DNA from: Hyalangium minutum
Lineage (GTDB): Bacteria; Myxococcota; Myxococcia; Myxococcales; Myxococcaceae
NCBI RefSeq assembly: GCF_000737315.1
Contig: NZ_JMCB01000006.1
Coordinates: 144,001-206,000, forward strand
Reading direction: 5' to 3'
DNA: 62,000 nucleotides
Numbering within the stretch: position 1 is the stretch's first letter; the number at the start of each line of letters is the position of its first letter. The notes below the pieces were generated by a model, which did no database searches, was not told the origin of the DNA, and saw only the letters and a program-made list of their open reading frames with translations. The translations under genes and the position numbers were made by a program. This document shows, in pieces, positions 29,625 to 38,547 of the stretch.

Positions 29625-30790
29625 GCCGCCAGTGTGCTCCGGCCCGGGACTTCGAGCGAGCGCGTTCGCCCCGTCTTGACCCACAGGGTCCGCACCCAGC
29701 GCCTGCGCTCGCCCAGGAGCGTCCACACAGTGAAGCGGACGATGAACTCCTTCACCCAGGCCGCCGTGCGGCCCTTGAGGACCCAGTGCGCGGGCGAGCC
29801 ATCCCGGCCCATCGGTTGGATCAGACCGTCCTTCCGGCCGAGGCTGATGCACACCCCCGCATCCATATAGTCGAAGGGCAGCTCCGGCAGGCCGCGAGCA
29901 AGCCGTGCGAGGTTCTCTCCGACGTGGGCGCCCATCGGCAGCGCGGTCTTGCAGCCCATCCCTGTGGGAGCGAGCGGCTCGACCACGCAGGCCGCATCCC
30001 CGACGACGCAGACGTTCTCGTGCCCGAGCGCCCGGAGGTACGGATCCACCAGCACCTGCCCCCGCGTGTTCACAGGCAGCCCGGACTCGCGCACCACGGA
30101 CGGCACCACGAAGCCCCCGACCCAGACACAGGCATCGAACGGCACAAACCTGTCTGACAACTCGACCGCTCCGGCCTGGACGCGCCGCACCTCCCCCTGC
30201 TGCACGGAGATCCCGAGCCGGCGCAGCACCGCGTTCAGATGCGAGCGCCCCGCCTCCGAGAGGTTCTCCCCCAGAGGACTCGAGGACAGCAGGGTCACCT
30301 GGAGCCCCGGATAGGACTCCGCCATCTCCGTGGCGCTCTCGATGCCAGTGAGCCCGCCTCCAATGACGACCACGCGCCCCTTGCGCGCGGCGATGGAAGG
30401 GAGCTGCTTGGCCAGCTCCGCCGAGGAGCCAGCATCGATCGTCCACGCGTGCTCCCGGACACCTGGCACCCGGTCCCGATCCACCTGAGAGCCCAGCGCC
30501 ACCACCAGACGATCGAAGGGCACCTGCTCTCCCTCCACCGTGACTTCACCGCGAGGATCCACCCGGGTGACCCAGCCGCGCTTCAGCACAACGCCCGTGC
30601 CCTTCAGCATCGAGGCGAGCTCCCGCACCACCAGGGACTGGCCCGCCGCCTGCTGGTGAAGCCGGATGCGCTCCACGAAATGATCGCTCGCGCTCACAAG
30701 CGTGATGTCCGCCTGCCCACGGGCCTGCCACGCAAGCCGCAGCGCGCACACAACACCTGCATACCCACCACCGAGAATGACGACGCGCAT
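29621..30790 (-). CDS. NAD(P)/FAD-dependent oxidoreductase (NDH-2-like)
   Basis: VVILGGGYAG, VIGGGLTGIESATE, VDPYLR...VVGD. Confidence 0.9.
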   Translation of the reverse strand: MRVVILGGGYAGVVCALRLAWQARGQADITLVSASDHFVERIRLHQQAAGQSLVVRELASMLKGTGVVLKRGWVTRVDPRGEVTVEGEQVPFDRLVVALGSQVDRDRVPGVREHAWTIDAGSSAELAKQLPSIAARKGRVVVIGGGLTGIESATEMAESYPGLQVTLLSSSPLGENLSEAGRSHLNAVLRRLGISVQQGEVRRVQAGAVELSDRFVPFDACVWVGGFVVPSVVRESGLPVNTRGQVLVDPYLRALGHENVCVVGDAACVVEPLAPTGMGCKTALPMGAHVGENLARLARGLPELPFDYMDAGVCISLGRKDGLIQPMGRDGSPAHWVLKGRTAAWVKEFIVRFTVWTLLGERRRWVRTLWVKTGRTRSLEVPGRSTLAA

Positions 30791-30815
30791 GGTTCCGCTC
30801 CTTTTTCGCCAGGGA

Positions 30816-30842
30816 GACGACCTGGGAAATTCGGGCGTGACA
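30816..30842 (-). promoter_or_regulatory. ECF41-type promoter
   Basis: Minus strand reads TGTCACG-N16-CGTC, matching the ECF41 consensus TGTCACA-n16-CGTC, about 25 nt above the oxidoreductase start. Confidence 0.8.
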
Positions 30843-30889
30843 CTGCGCGACGAATCGCTGAATCCCCTGTGAATCCGGGACCTTACAAC

Positions 30890-33800
30890 TCAAGCCGCCT
30901 GGCCGGTGAGCCCCGCGTGCGCGCGCTTCACGCCCTCGCGTATCAGCTCGCGCAACCGCTCCGGGTCGAAGGGCTTCTCCACCCGGGGGTTGCTCACCTG
31001 CTCCAGGAACTCCTTAGCCGCGGGGGTGTAGGCCCCCCCGGTGATGAACACCATGCGCCGGGCCTGCTCCGGCGCGGCCCGCACGAGCTGGGCGTACAGC
31101 TCCATGCCCGTCATCTCCGGCATCATGAGATCGCAGAGGATGACGTCGTAGTGGGCCTTGGGCGAGCACAGCATCTCCAGCGCTCGCCGCGCGCTCACCA
31201 CCACCTCCACCTCGTGGTCCTTCGCGAGCGTCCGCCGCAGCGCAGCGCTCACCAGCGGATCATCGTCCACCACCAGCACTTGGCCCCGCTCCACGGTGCC
31301 CGCCTGCACCGGAGCGCTGCGCTGCACCCGATCGAGCTGGCTGCTCGACCGGGGCAACGCCACCCGGAACACGGTGCCCTTGCCCACCTGGCTCTCCACC
31401 TCGATGCGCCCGCCCATCGACGTGACGAACGCATGGCACAGCGCCAGTCCCAGCCCCGTGCCCACGCCCACCGGCTTGGTGGTGAAGAACGGATCGAAGA
31501 TGCGCCCGAGCACCTCCGGCGGGATGCCGCAGCCCGTGTCCCGCACCTCCGCCACCACCTCGCCCTGGGCCCCGTGCTTGAGAACGAGCCGGACCTCGTG
31601 CTGCTCGGGCCTGCCCTCGGGCAGCGCCTGGGCTGCGTTGATGATGAGGTTGAGGAACACCTGCGACAGCCGCGCCTCGTTGCCCTCCACGGGCGGCACC
31701 TCCGCCGCGTACTCGCGCGTGAGCTGGGCCCTGGGGCGCAGCTCCCCTGCCGCCATCTTCGCCGCCGAGTCCATCACCGCCCGCAGGTCCACCGGCCCCC
31801 GCGCGTCATCGTCCTGGCGCGAGAACGTCTTCAAGTCCCTCACGATGCGCCGCACCCGATCCGCGCCCATGAGCGCCTCGCGCAGCACCTGGTGCATGTC
31901 GCGCAGGCGCTCGCGCAGCGGCTCGGAGGACTCCGCCAACTGCGCCAGCGTCTCCGTCTCCTCGCAGGAGTGCTCCAGGTTGGACACGATGTACGAGAGC
32001 GGGTTGTTGATCTCGTGCCCCACGCCCGCGGCCAGTGTTCCCACCGCCGCCATCTTCCCAGCCTGCACCAGCTGGACCTGCGTGGCGCGCAGCGTGCGCA
32101 GGTTGGCATCCAGCTCCTCGTTGGCGCGCGCCAGCTCCTGGGTGCGCTCCTCCACGCGAGCCTGCAGCCAGCGCTCGCGCCGCTTGAGCCGGCCCACGCG
32201 CCACGCGTAGATGCCTGCCGCCATCCCACCCGCCCCCAGCGCGCACAGCCCGTAGAACCACGCCGACTGGTAGAACCAGGCGCGCAGCACCACCTCCAGC
32301 ACGGCCCCGGGCGCCACCCAGTTGCCCGTGCGGTCCATCGCCTGCACGCGGAAGGTGTAGCGGCCCGGCGGCAGCCGCGTGTACGTGGCCACGCGCCGGC
32401 CCTCGGCCTCCACCCACGCGCGGTCGTGCCCCTCCAGCATGTACCGGAACTGCACCCGGGGAGCCCCCTCCTTCACGAAGGCGGTGAAGCGGATGTCCAC
32501 GTCCTGCTGCTCCGGCTCCAGCTCCAGCAGGCCACTCAGCGGCACCGGCTGGCCCTGCACCCGCACCTCCTCGATGCGCGGGTGCGGCGGCGAGTGCCGG
32601 AGCCGGACATCCTTCGTGTTCACCATCATCGCGCCCCGCAGGTTGGCGAACCACATCCGGCCATCCCGCGTCTCCCACCCGGAAGGCAGGCCCGCGTTGC
32701 ACTCGCCCGCGCGCATCCCGTCCCGCTCATCGAAGAGGACGCCGCTCACGCGCGGGAGCTTGCCGTCCGCCACCGCCTCCAGCTCGTGCCGGCTCACCCG
32801 CGAGACGCCCTTGTTGCTGCTCATCCAGAAGAAGCCCTCGGCATCCAGCAGCAGGTTGAAGATCGTCTCATCCGGCAGCCCCTGCGCGGCGGTGACCGAG
32901 GCGAAGCGCCCGTCCTTCCAGCGCGACAGGCCCGTGGAGGTCCCCACCCACAGCGTGCCGTGCGCGTCCACGAAGAGGCTCATGATCACATTCCCCGCCA
33001 GTCCCTCCTGGGTGGTGAAGCGGGTGAGCGTGCCGCGGTCGAACCGGACCAGGCCCTTCTTCGTGCCGTACCAGAGCACCCCTGACTCCTCGCGCACCAA
33101 GGCCGTGGCGGCGTCCGCGGGAGTCCCCTTCTCTGGCGGGTACAGCGTCACCCGCCCATTGCTCAGCCAGGCCAGTCCCTCCGAGGTGGAGAACCACATA
33201 TCTCCGTCCGGCTCGGGCACCATGGCGAAGATGACGGCTCCTGGCGGCATCCCCGACTCGGTCCCCAGCGGGACGAAGCGGCCCCCCTGCTGGTAATAGG
33301 CGCCGGAGGACGTCCCCACCCAGAGCGCCCCGTCCGAGCCCAGCGCGAGCGTGCGGATGCGGTCCTCCAACAAGCCCTCCTCCGCTCCCACCCGGCGGAT
33401 GACGCCGTCCTTCATGCGCTCCAGGCCCTGGGAATTCGAGGCCATCCACAGCGTGCCGTCGGGTGTCTCCAGCACCATCCGGACGTTCTCGAGAACCGAA
33501 CCCTCGGGCGCCCCGATGGGAATGAACGGGCCATTGCTCAGCCGATGCAAGCCATCCGTCCCGGTGCCGATCCACAGGTGCCCGTCGCGGTCCTCGAGCA
33601 GGCTGGCCACGAGCGCATGGGCGAGCTCCTTGGACGCGGTGACGGCGCTGAACGTCTCACCCGTGCGCCGCAGCAAACCCTGGTAGGTGCCGATCCACAG
33701 GTTGCCATCCCGGTCTTCGCGCAGCTCGCCCACCGCCACGTTCGGCATGCCCTGCTCCGGGCCGTACCGGGTGAACTGGCCCTCGCGCAGGGCGAGCAGC

Positions 33801-34546
33801 CCCTGGTTGGTGCCAATCCACAGCGTGCCCTCGCGCGACAGCCACAGGCTGAGCACGTAGAGCGGCTTGATGGGAGACTCCCCCGGCGGCAGGAAGAGCA
33901 TGTCCACCGAGTCGTCGGTGATCCGCGCCAGCCCCTGGCCCGCTCCCACCCACGCGCCGCCCGAGCCATCCACGACGATGGGGCCCGTGCCTTTGACAGG
34001 CAGCCCCTCGTCCACCGAGTACCGCCGCCATGCCCTCTGCCCCGAGCTCGGCGCCCGCATCACCCCCAGCGGCGAGCTGATCCACACATCCTGGCCGTCC
34101 GCCGCCAGCCCGACGATGGGGACGTTGGCCAGCGCGGCGGCCTCGGGGGGGCGGCGCAGCTGTCCTCTCTCGTAGCGGAACAGTCCCTGGCTGGTGCCCA
34201 CCCACAGCACCGCCGCGTCGTCCTCGACCAGTGCGTGGATTTCGCGCTGCCCCATCTCCGGCGAGGTGCGCTGATCAAAGGTGGTGAAGCGCGTGCCGTC
34301 GAAGCGCGCCAGGCCCTCGTAGGTGCCGAACCACAGGTAGCCGTCGGCTGTCTGCTCAGCGCAGAGGACGGAGTTCTGCGGCAGGCCGTTCTCGCTGCGC
34401 CAGCTCTCGTGGTTGTACTGGGAGAGGCTCCGGCCCGGTTCGAGTGCGAAGCTGGGTGTACCGAGACCCAGCGCGAGGACGAACCACAGCCCGAGAAGCC
34501 TTCTCCCACCCCGCCGCCCCTGTCTCCTTGTTCCCATGGCGAGCAT
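30890..34546 (-). CDS. Hybrid sensor kinase: Reg_prop beta-propellers, Y_Y_Y, HisKA, HATPase, receiver
   Basis: Repeated D.DG.LWIGT..GL blades, YMLEGHD...ATYTRLPPGRYTF, HEINNPL, NAAQA/DTGCG/FTTK/GTGLGL, DVILCDLMMP. Start at 34546 or 34537. Confidence 0.93.
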   Translation of the reverse strand: MLAMGTRRQGRRGGRRLLGLWFVLALGLGTPSFALEPGRSLSQYNHESWRSENGLPQNSVLCAEQTADGYLWFGTYEGLARFDGTRFTTFDQRTSPEMGQREIHALVEDDAAVLWVGTSQGLFRYERGQLRRPPEAAALANVPIVGLAADGQDVWISSPLGVMRAPSSGQRAWRRYSVDEGLPVKGTGPIVVDGSGGAWVGAGQGLARITDDSVDMLFLPPGESPIKPLYVLSLWLSREGTLWIGTNQGLLALREGQFTRYGPEQGMPNVAVGELREDRDGNLWIGTYQGLLRRTGETFSAVTASKELAHALVASLLEDRDGHLWIGTGTDGLHRLSNGPFIPIGAPEGSVLENVRMVLETPDGTLWMASNSQGLERMKDGVIRRVGAEEGLLEDRIRTLALGSDGALWVGTSSGAYYQQGGRFVPLGTESGMPPGAVIFAMVPEPDGDMWFSTSEGLAWLSNGRVTLYPPEKGTPADAATALVREESGVLWYGTKKGLVRFDRGTLTRFTTQEGLAGNVIMSLFVDAHGTLWVGTSTGLSRWKDGRFASVTAAQGLPDETIFNLLLDAEGFFWMSSNKGVSRVSRHELEAVADGKLPRVSGVLFDERDGMRAGECNAGLPSGWETRDGRMWFANLRGAMMVNTKDVRLRHSPPHPRIEEVRVQGQPVPLSGLLELEPEQQDVDIRFTAFVKEGAPRVQFRYMLEGHDRAWVEAEGRRVATYTRLPPGRYTFRVQAMDRTGNWVAPGAVLEVVLRAWFYQSAWFYGLCALGAGGMAAGIYAWRVGRLKRRERWLQARVEERTQELARANEELDANLRTLRATQVQLVQAGKMAAVGTLAAGVGHEINNPLSYIVSNLEHSCEETETLAQLAESSEPLRERLRDMHQVLREALMGADRVRRIVRDLKTFSRQDDDARGPVDLRAVMDSAAKMAAGELRPRAQLTREYAAEVPPVEGNEARLSQVFLNLIINAAQALPEGRPEQHEVRLVLKHGAQGEVVAEVRDTGCGIPPEVLGRIFDPFFTTKPVGVGTGLGLALCHAFVTSMGGRIEVESQVGKGTVFRVALPRSSSQLDRVQRSAPVQAGTVERGQVLVVDDDPLVSAALRRTLAKDHEVEVVVSARRALEMLCSPKAHYDVILCDLMMPEMTGMELYAQLVRAAPEQARRMVFITGGAYTPAAKEFLEQVSNPRVEKPFDPERLRELIREGVKRAHAGLTGQAA

Positions 34547-34700
34547 AGTGTCCAGCACAGAGGGCCCTCTCCGCAAAATAGGGGACAGGACAGCCCCCCT
34601 TGCCCCCCTATTCCCCGAGGCAGCGACGCTCTTCCCCCGGGGGGCCGCTGTGCGGACATGGGACCCCAGCGCTACAATCGCCCTCCGCCGAGGAGCCCCC

Positions 34701-35291
34701 ATGAGCCAAGCCGCCATCCTGTTGCAGGACCCCGCTCCCCCGAGCGTCCCCGAGGCGATCTCGAAGGGCCGCAGCACCCTCATCGGGTTCTCCACGCCGC
34801 GCCACTTCAACCCCGTCTCGTGGGTCGTCCGCCGCTTCACCAAGAGCGAGGCCAGCCACTGCTTCTTCCTCTACTGGGACGACGACTTCGAGTGCGACAT
34901 GGTGCTCGAGTCCCATGAGCTGGGCTTCCGGCTCATCACCTGGAAGCGCTTCGTGAAGAAGAACCGCATCATCGCGCTCGTGGAGCCGGCCCATCCGCTC
35001 GACAAGGGCTTCCTGCGGCTGGGCGAGTGGGTGGGCAGCGTGTACGACTTCGGCGGGCTGATCGGCCAGTCCGTGGTGCAGTTCGGACGCTTCCTGCAGC
35101 GCAAGTGGCGCAACCCGTTCCGGTCCTCGCGGGCCATGTTCTGCAGCGAGTCCATTGCTCGCTGCATGCAGTGGGCCGAGCACCCGGATGCCAAGAAGTT
35201 CTCTCCCAAGGAGACAGCGCCGCAGGACCTGCTCGTGTTCTACCGGGAGCCGGGCCGAGCGGTGCTCCTCGACATCCAGAAGTGGAAGTGA
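34701..35291 (+). CDS. Permuted papain-like (YiiX/YaeF-type NlpC/P60) protein
   Basis: AGGAG RBS. SH(C) His precedes YDF and FCSE Cys, the circularly permuted dyad order. Confidence 0.6.
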   Translation: MSQAAILLQDPAPPSVPEAISKGRSTLIGFSTPRHFNPVSWVVRRFTKSEASHCFFLYWDDDFECDMVLESHELGFRLITWKRFVKKNRIIALVEPAHPLDKGFLRLGEWVGSVYDFGGLIGQSVVQFGRFLQRKWRNPFRSSRAMFCSESIARCMQWAEHPDAKKFSPKETAPQDLLVFYREPGRAVLLDIQKWK

Positions 35292-35306
35292 GGTGTCTCG
35301 GCGGCT

Positions 35307-38084
35307 CTAGGGCTGCGGGACGATGACGAACGCCACACCCGGGAGGCTGAGGCCGGGCCCGGCGATGCGCAGGGTGCCTTCCACGCGCAGGATGTCCTGG
35401 GTGGACGGGTCCACCTGTTTGACGGTTCCGGTGATCTGCATGGCGTCGCCTACACCCGTGGGCGAGATGGGGATGGCGAAGGGCTGCATGCGCAGCGTGT
35501 CTCCATCCACGCGAGCCCAGACCTCCTGGCGCTGCTGAGCGCCGAAGCGCTGCGGGAGGATGCGCAGGGTGAGTCCTCCGGGCCTCGGCGCGTCGAGGGA
35601 CTCGAGCAGGAGGTCCACGGGCATTGTTCCCGAGGGCCCCGCCGGCACCTGAAGGGTCATCTTCATCGTCTTGCGCCACTGGCCTGAGGCGGGCTGGGCC
35701 ACAGTGAAGGAGGTGGAGCGCTCGCCCTCCAGCTCGCCTCCCGAGAGGAACGGCAAGCCTGGGCGTGCCCGGAAGGTGTAGCTCGCGCCGGGCGTGAGGG
35801 GCGCGGTGGGGACGAACTCGATGCGGCCTCCCTGGAGCTCCACGGTGCCGGGGACGTGCTGGCCCTGGGCGTCTTCGAGCACCACGTACTCAGCGGCCCA
35901 CTGCGCGGAGGTCTTCCCGGGCGTGCTGTCATCCACGGGCTCCGCGAAGGCCACGAACGGGCGGACGTCGGGGTACACACCTTGATTGCTGTCCGTGTCG
36001 GGCCAGATGCCGAGCGGTGCAGCACCCTTGGGCGTCAGCTCTCGGAGGAACTCGACGAGGTCCGCCCGCTCCTCGGAGGTGAGCGGCACCTGGACGTAGT
36101 CGAGCGCCACGTCCACCGCGTCCTCCAGCGTGCGGGCTTGTCCCTTCACGAAGTAGATACCGTGGCGGTAGGCGCCGAGCAGCGAGGGCACATCGGCGGG
36201 CTCGCCGGACTTGCCCTTCGGCAGGTAGGCCCGGCTGGTGTAGAGCGGCGGCACGTGGCAGCTGGCGCAGGTGGCCTTGTTCTCGAAGAGTGCCTTTCCG
36301 CGCAGGCCCGCTTCCGTGTAGCTGCCGTCGAGCCGGGTATGGCCCGTGGCCCTCGGGGCGCCGAGCAGCGACTCCAGGAAGGCCTCGAGCCCGAGCGCCT
36401 CCTGGGGCGTGACCGGTCTCGCGACGATGGACGAGGGCCCCTGGTAGCCGAAGTTGTCCGCGTTGGAGACGTAGGCTCCCCACTCGAGCGGAGTGGTGGC
36501 GGCCAGGAGCTGCAGCGGCCGGGCGTTGTGCCAGATGGACGGCCCGAAGCGCCAGATGAGCCCGTTGTTCTGCGTCTCGATGTGGCAGCTGGAGCAGGCG
36601 TGGTTCTGGGCGAAGCTGCCGCCTGGACGCGTGAAGACGCGCTCTCCGAGCGCCACGTCCGCCGGGCGGGGCTCCTCGGTGAGCTTCACGGTGGCACGCA
36701 CCTGGGCGTCCGCGCCGAGCACCCAGGCCTCGAAGGTCTGGAAGCAATGGACGGCCACGGTGCCCTGCGCATCGAGCGCCACGAGCTGCCGCGCGCCCGG
36801 CCCCACGGTGACGCGGGCCTTCTCAGCGAGCGTGGTCCGGTCGAGCGCCACCACGAGCTCGGAGGACTCGGCGGAGACCCACACGGTGTCCCCCACCACG
36901 AGCACACCCGCGGGGTTGACCACGTACCCGCCCGAGCCCGCCTGGCGCCACAGGTCCGCGCGCCGCAGGACCTGCCCGTAGCCAGGGCGCGCGGGATCGG
37001 CACCGACGACAACCACCTCGTGAACGAAGGGCTTGGCGTTGGCATCGGACTGGGAGGGCTCAGGGTCGCCATCGGTGGCGGCGATGAACAGCTCGGCGCC
37101 ATCGTCCGAGAGCGCGAGGGCGCGCAGATCGGCCGAGACGCCCTCCACCACGGTGTCCACCTTCAGCGTCTCGGTGTTGATGATGTGGACGTCCTGATCA
37201 TCCCCAGCCTTGTAGGTGCCGCGCGTGTCCTTGATGCGGTTGCCCGAGCGGTACGAGGCCACGAAGAGGCGCTTGCCCTCCGGAGACAGCACGAGGGCGC
37301 GCGGGTCGAAGCCGACGTCCACCCGGGCCACCACCTGGCGCTGCTCCAGGTCCACCACGGCCACCTGCCGCTGCGTGGCCAGGGACACGTAGAGGGTGCG
37401 GGCATCCGGAGAGAGCGCGAGGCCCGAGGGCTCGTCTCCGACCCAGAGCGCATCTTCCAGTACACCGCGCTCGCGGTGGATGAAGCCCACGGTGTCACTG
37501 CCTCGGTGGGCCACCAGGACGTAAGGCAGCGGGGCTCTCCACGCCAGGGCCGAGGGCCAGGCGCCCACGGTCACCTCGCCCACCTTGCTCCAGAGGCCAT
37601 TCACCTGGGAGATGCGCGACACCGTGTACGCAGCGCCGTTGGCGGTCCACAGCTCGTCGCCGACACGGGCGGCGCCGTACAGCGGGGTCAGGTAGTGGTT
37701 GCGGAAGCGCTCCGCCGGGGAGCGGGCGACGACGTGGAGCGAGAGCCGGGAGTTGTCCATCTCGCCCAAGCGGAAGGTGTAGTCGCCGGGGACGTCCGGA
37801 GTGAAGCGCGGCTGGGGACTGCCCTTCGAGTGGACGGTGTTGGCGCTGCCCTCCGGAGCCGAGAGGACCTGCCACTCGAGGGTGGAGGGGCACTCGTCTT
37901 TCTGGAGGACAGCGGGCAGGTAGAAGGTCTCGCCCAGGGTGTGTGAGCGGGGATTCTGGAGTGGGAGCGGAGCCTCGGCGCAGAGCGGCTCGGACTTCGG
38001 GGGCGCGTCGTCGTCGTCACAAGCTCCCAGGCTGAAGACGAGGGCCGCGGCGGCACAGAGCGGAATCACGATGCGGACTTTCAT
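35307..38084 (-). CDS. Large lipoprotein: PKD-like, YVTN beta-propeller, di-heme CCP/MauG-like domain, Ig-like (Big_5)
   Basis: Lipobox LGAC, V.VG..P..LA..PD blades, CSSCH and CASCH heme motifs, PSLLGAY, VAFAEPVD...FVPTAPL.PG..Y. Start at 38084 or 38099. Confidence 0.8.
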   Translation of the reverse strand: MKVRIVIPLCAAAALVFSLGACDDDDAPPKSEPLCAEAPLPLQNPRSHTLGETFYLPAVLQKDECPSTLEWQVLSAPEGSANTVHSKGSPQPRFTPDVPGDYTFRLGEMDNSRLSLHVVARSPAERFRNHYLTPLYGAARVGDELWTANGAAYTVSRISQVNGLWSKVGEVTVGAWPSALAWRAPLPYVLVAHRGSDTVGFIHRERGVLEDALWVGDEPSGLALSPDARTLYVSLATQRQVAVVDLEQRQVVARVDVGFDPRALVLSPEGKRLFVASYRSGNRIKDTRGTYKAGDDQDVHIINTETLKVDTVVEGVSADLRALALSDDGAELFIAATDGDPEPSQSDANAKPFVHEVVVVGADPARPGYGQVLRRADLWRQAGSGGYVVNPAGVLVVGDTVWVSAESSELVVALDRTTLAEKARVTVGPGARQLVALDAQGTVAVHCFQTFEAWVLGADAQVRATVKLTEEPRPADVALGERVFTRPGGSFAQNHACSSCHIETQNNGLIWRFGPSIWHNARPLQLLAATTPLEWGAYVSNADNFGYQGPSSIVARPVTPQEALGLEAFLESLLGAPRATGHTRLDGSYTEAGLRGKALFENKATCASCHVPPLYTSRAYLPKGKSGEPADVPSLLGAYRHGIYFVKGQARTLEDAVDVALDYVQVPLTSEERADLVEFLRELTPKGAAPLGIWPDTDSNQGVYPDVRPFVAFAEPVDDSTPGKTSAQWAAEYVVLEDAQGQHVPGTVELQGGRIEFVPTAPLTPGASYTFRARPGLPFLSGGELEGERSTSFTVAQPASGQWRKTMKMTLQVPAGPSGTMPVDLLLESLDAPRPGGLTLRILPQRFGAQQRQEVWARVDGDTLRMQPFAIPISPTGVGDAMQITGTVKQVDPSTQDILRVEGTLRIAGPGLSLPGVAFVIVPQP

Positions 38085-38187
38085 GGCGGCCCCTGCCATA
38101 AGAATCGGGCTCCGCCCCCGCCAACCTCCCGTTGCAGCCACAGTTGGCCTGAGGCCTCGCGTCCCATTATGAACAGGCCTCATGCAC

Positions 38188-38547
38188 ATGAATCGACAGT
38201 GGATCGTGTCCCTCCTGGCCTGCCTCTTCCTCGCGGCGTGCTTCCCCAAGGCGGGGACGGTGCCTGGGCCTTTGTCTTCGGCGGGCCTCGAGAGCGCCCA
38301 GGCCCGGTGGCCCGGCACATCGGCCGAGGAACTCGAGCAGGGGCGTCAGCTCTTCTTGAACCACTGCAACTCCTGTCACTCCTATCCGGATCGCACCGCG
38401 TACAGCGAGGCGGAGTGGCCAGGACTGGCCCGGCGGATGGGAAAGAAGGCGGATCTAAAGGAAGCGGAGAGCGAGCTCGTGCTCCGCTTCATCCTGGCGA
38501 ACCGCTCCGAGCCGGCCGCTGCTCCGGAAGCCCCGGCCGCCCGCTGA
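38188..38547 (+). CDS. Small mono-heme cytochrome c lipoprotein
   Basis: Lipobox LAAC, GRQLF..HCNSCH, W...RRM distal Met. Confidence 0.8.
   Translation: MNRQWIVSLLACLFLAACFPKAGTVPGPLSSAGLESAQARWPGTSAEELEQGRQLFLNHCNSCHSYPDRTAYSEAEWPGLARRMGKKADLKEAESELVLRFILANRSEPAAAPEAPAAR

Noticed and set aside
34577-34612. AATAGGGG-N20-CCCCTATT dyad, and CTCAAA-N9-TTTGAG at 60635-60655
   Set aside because: The arms are short and no cognate regulator is nearby, so these could be chance. Not called as operators.
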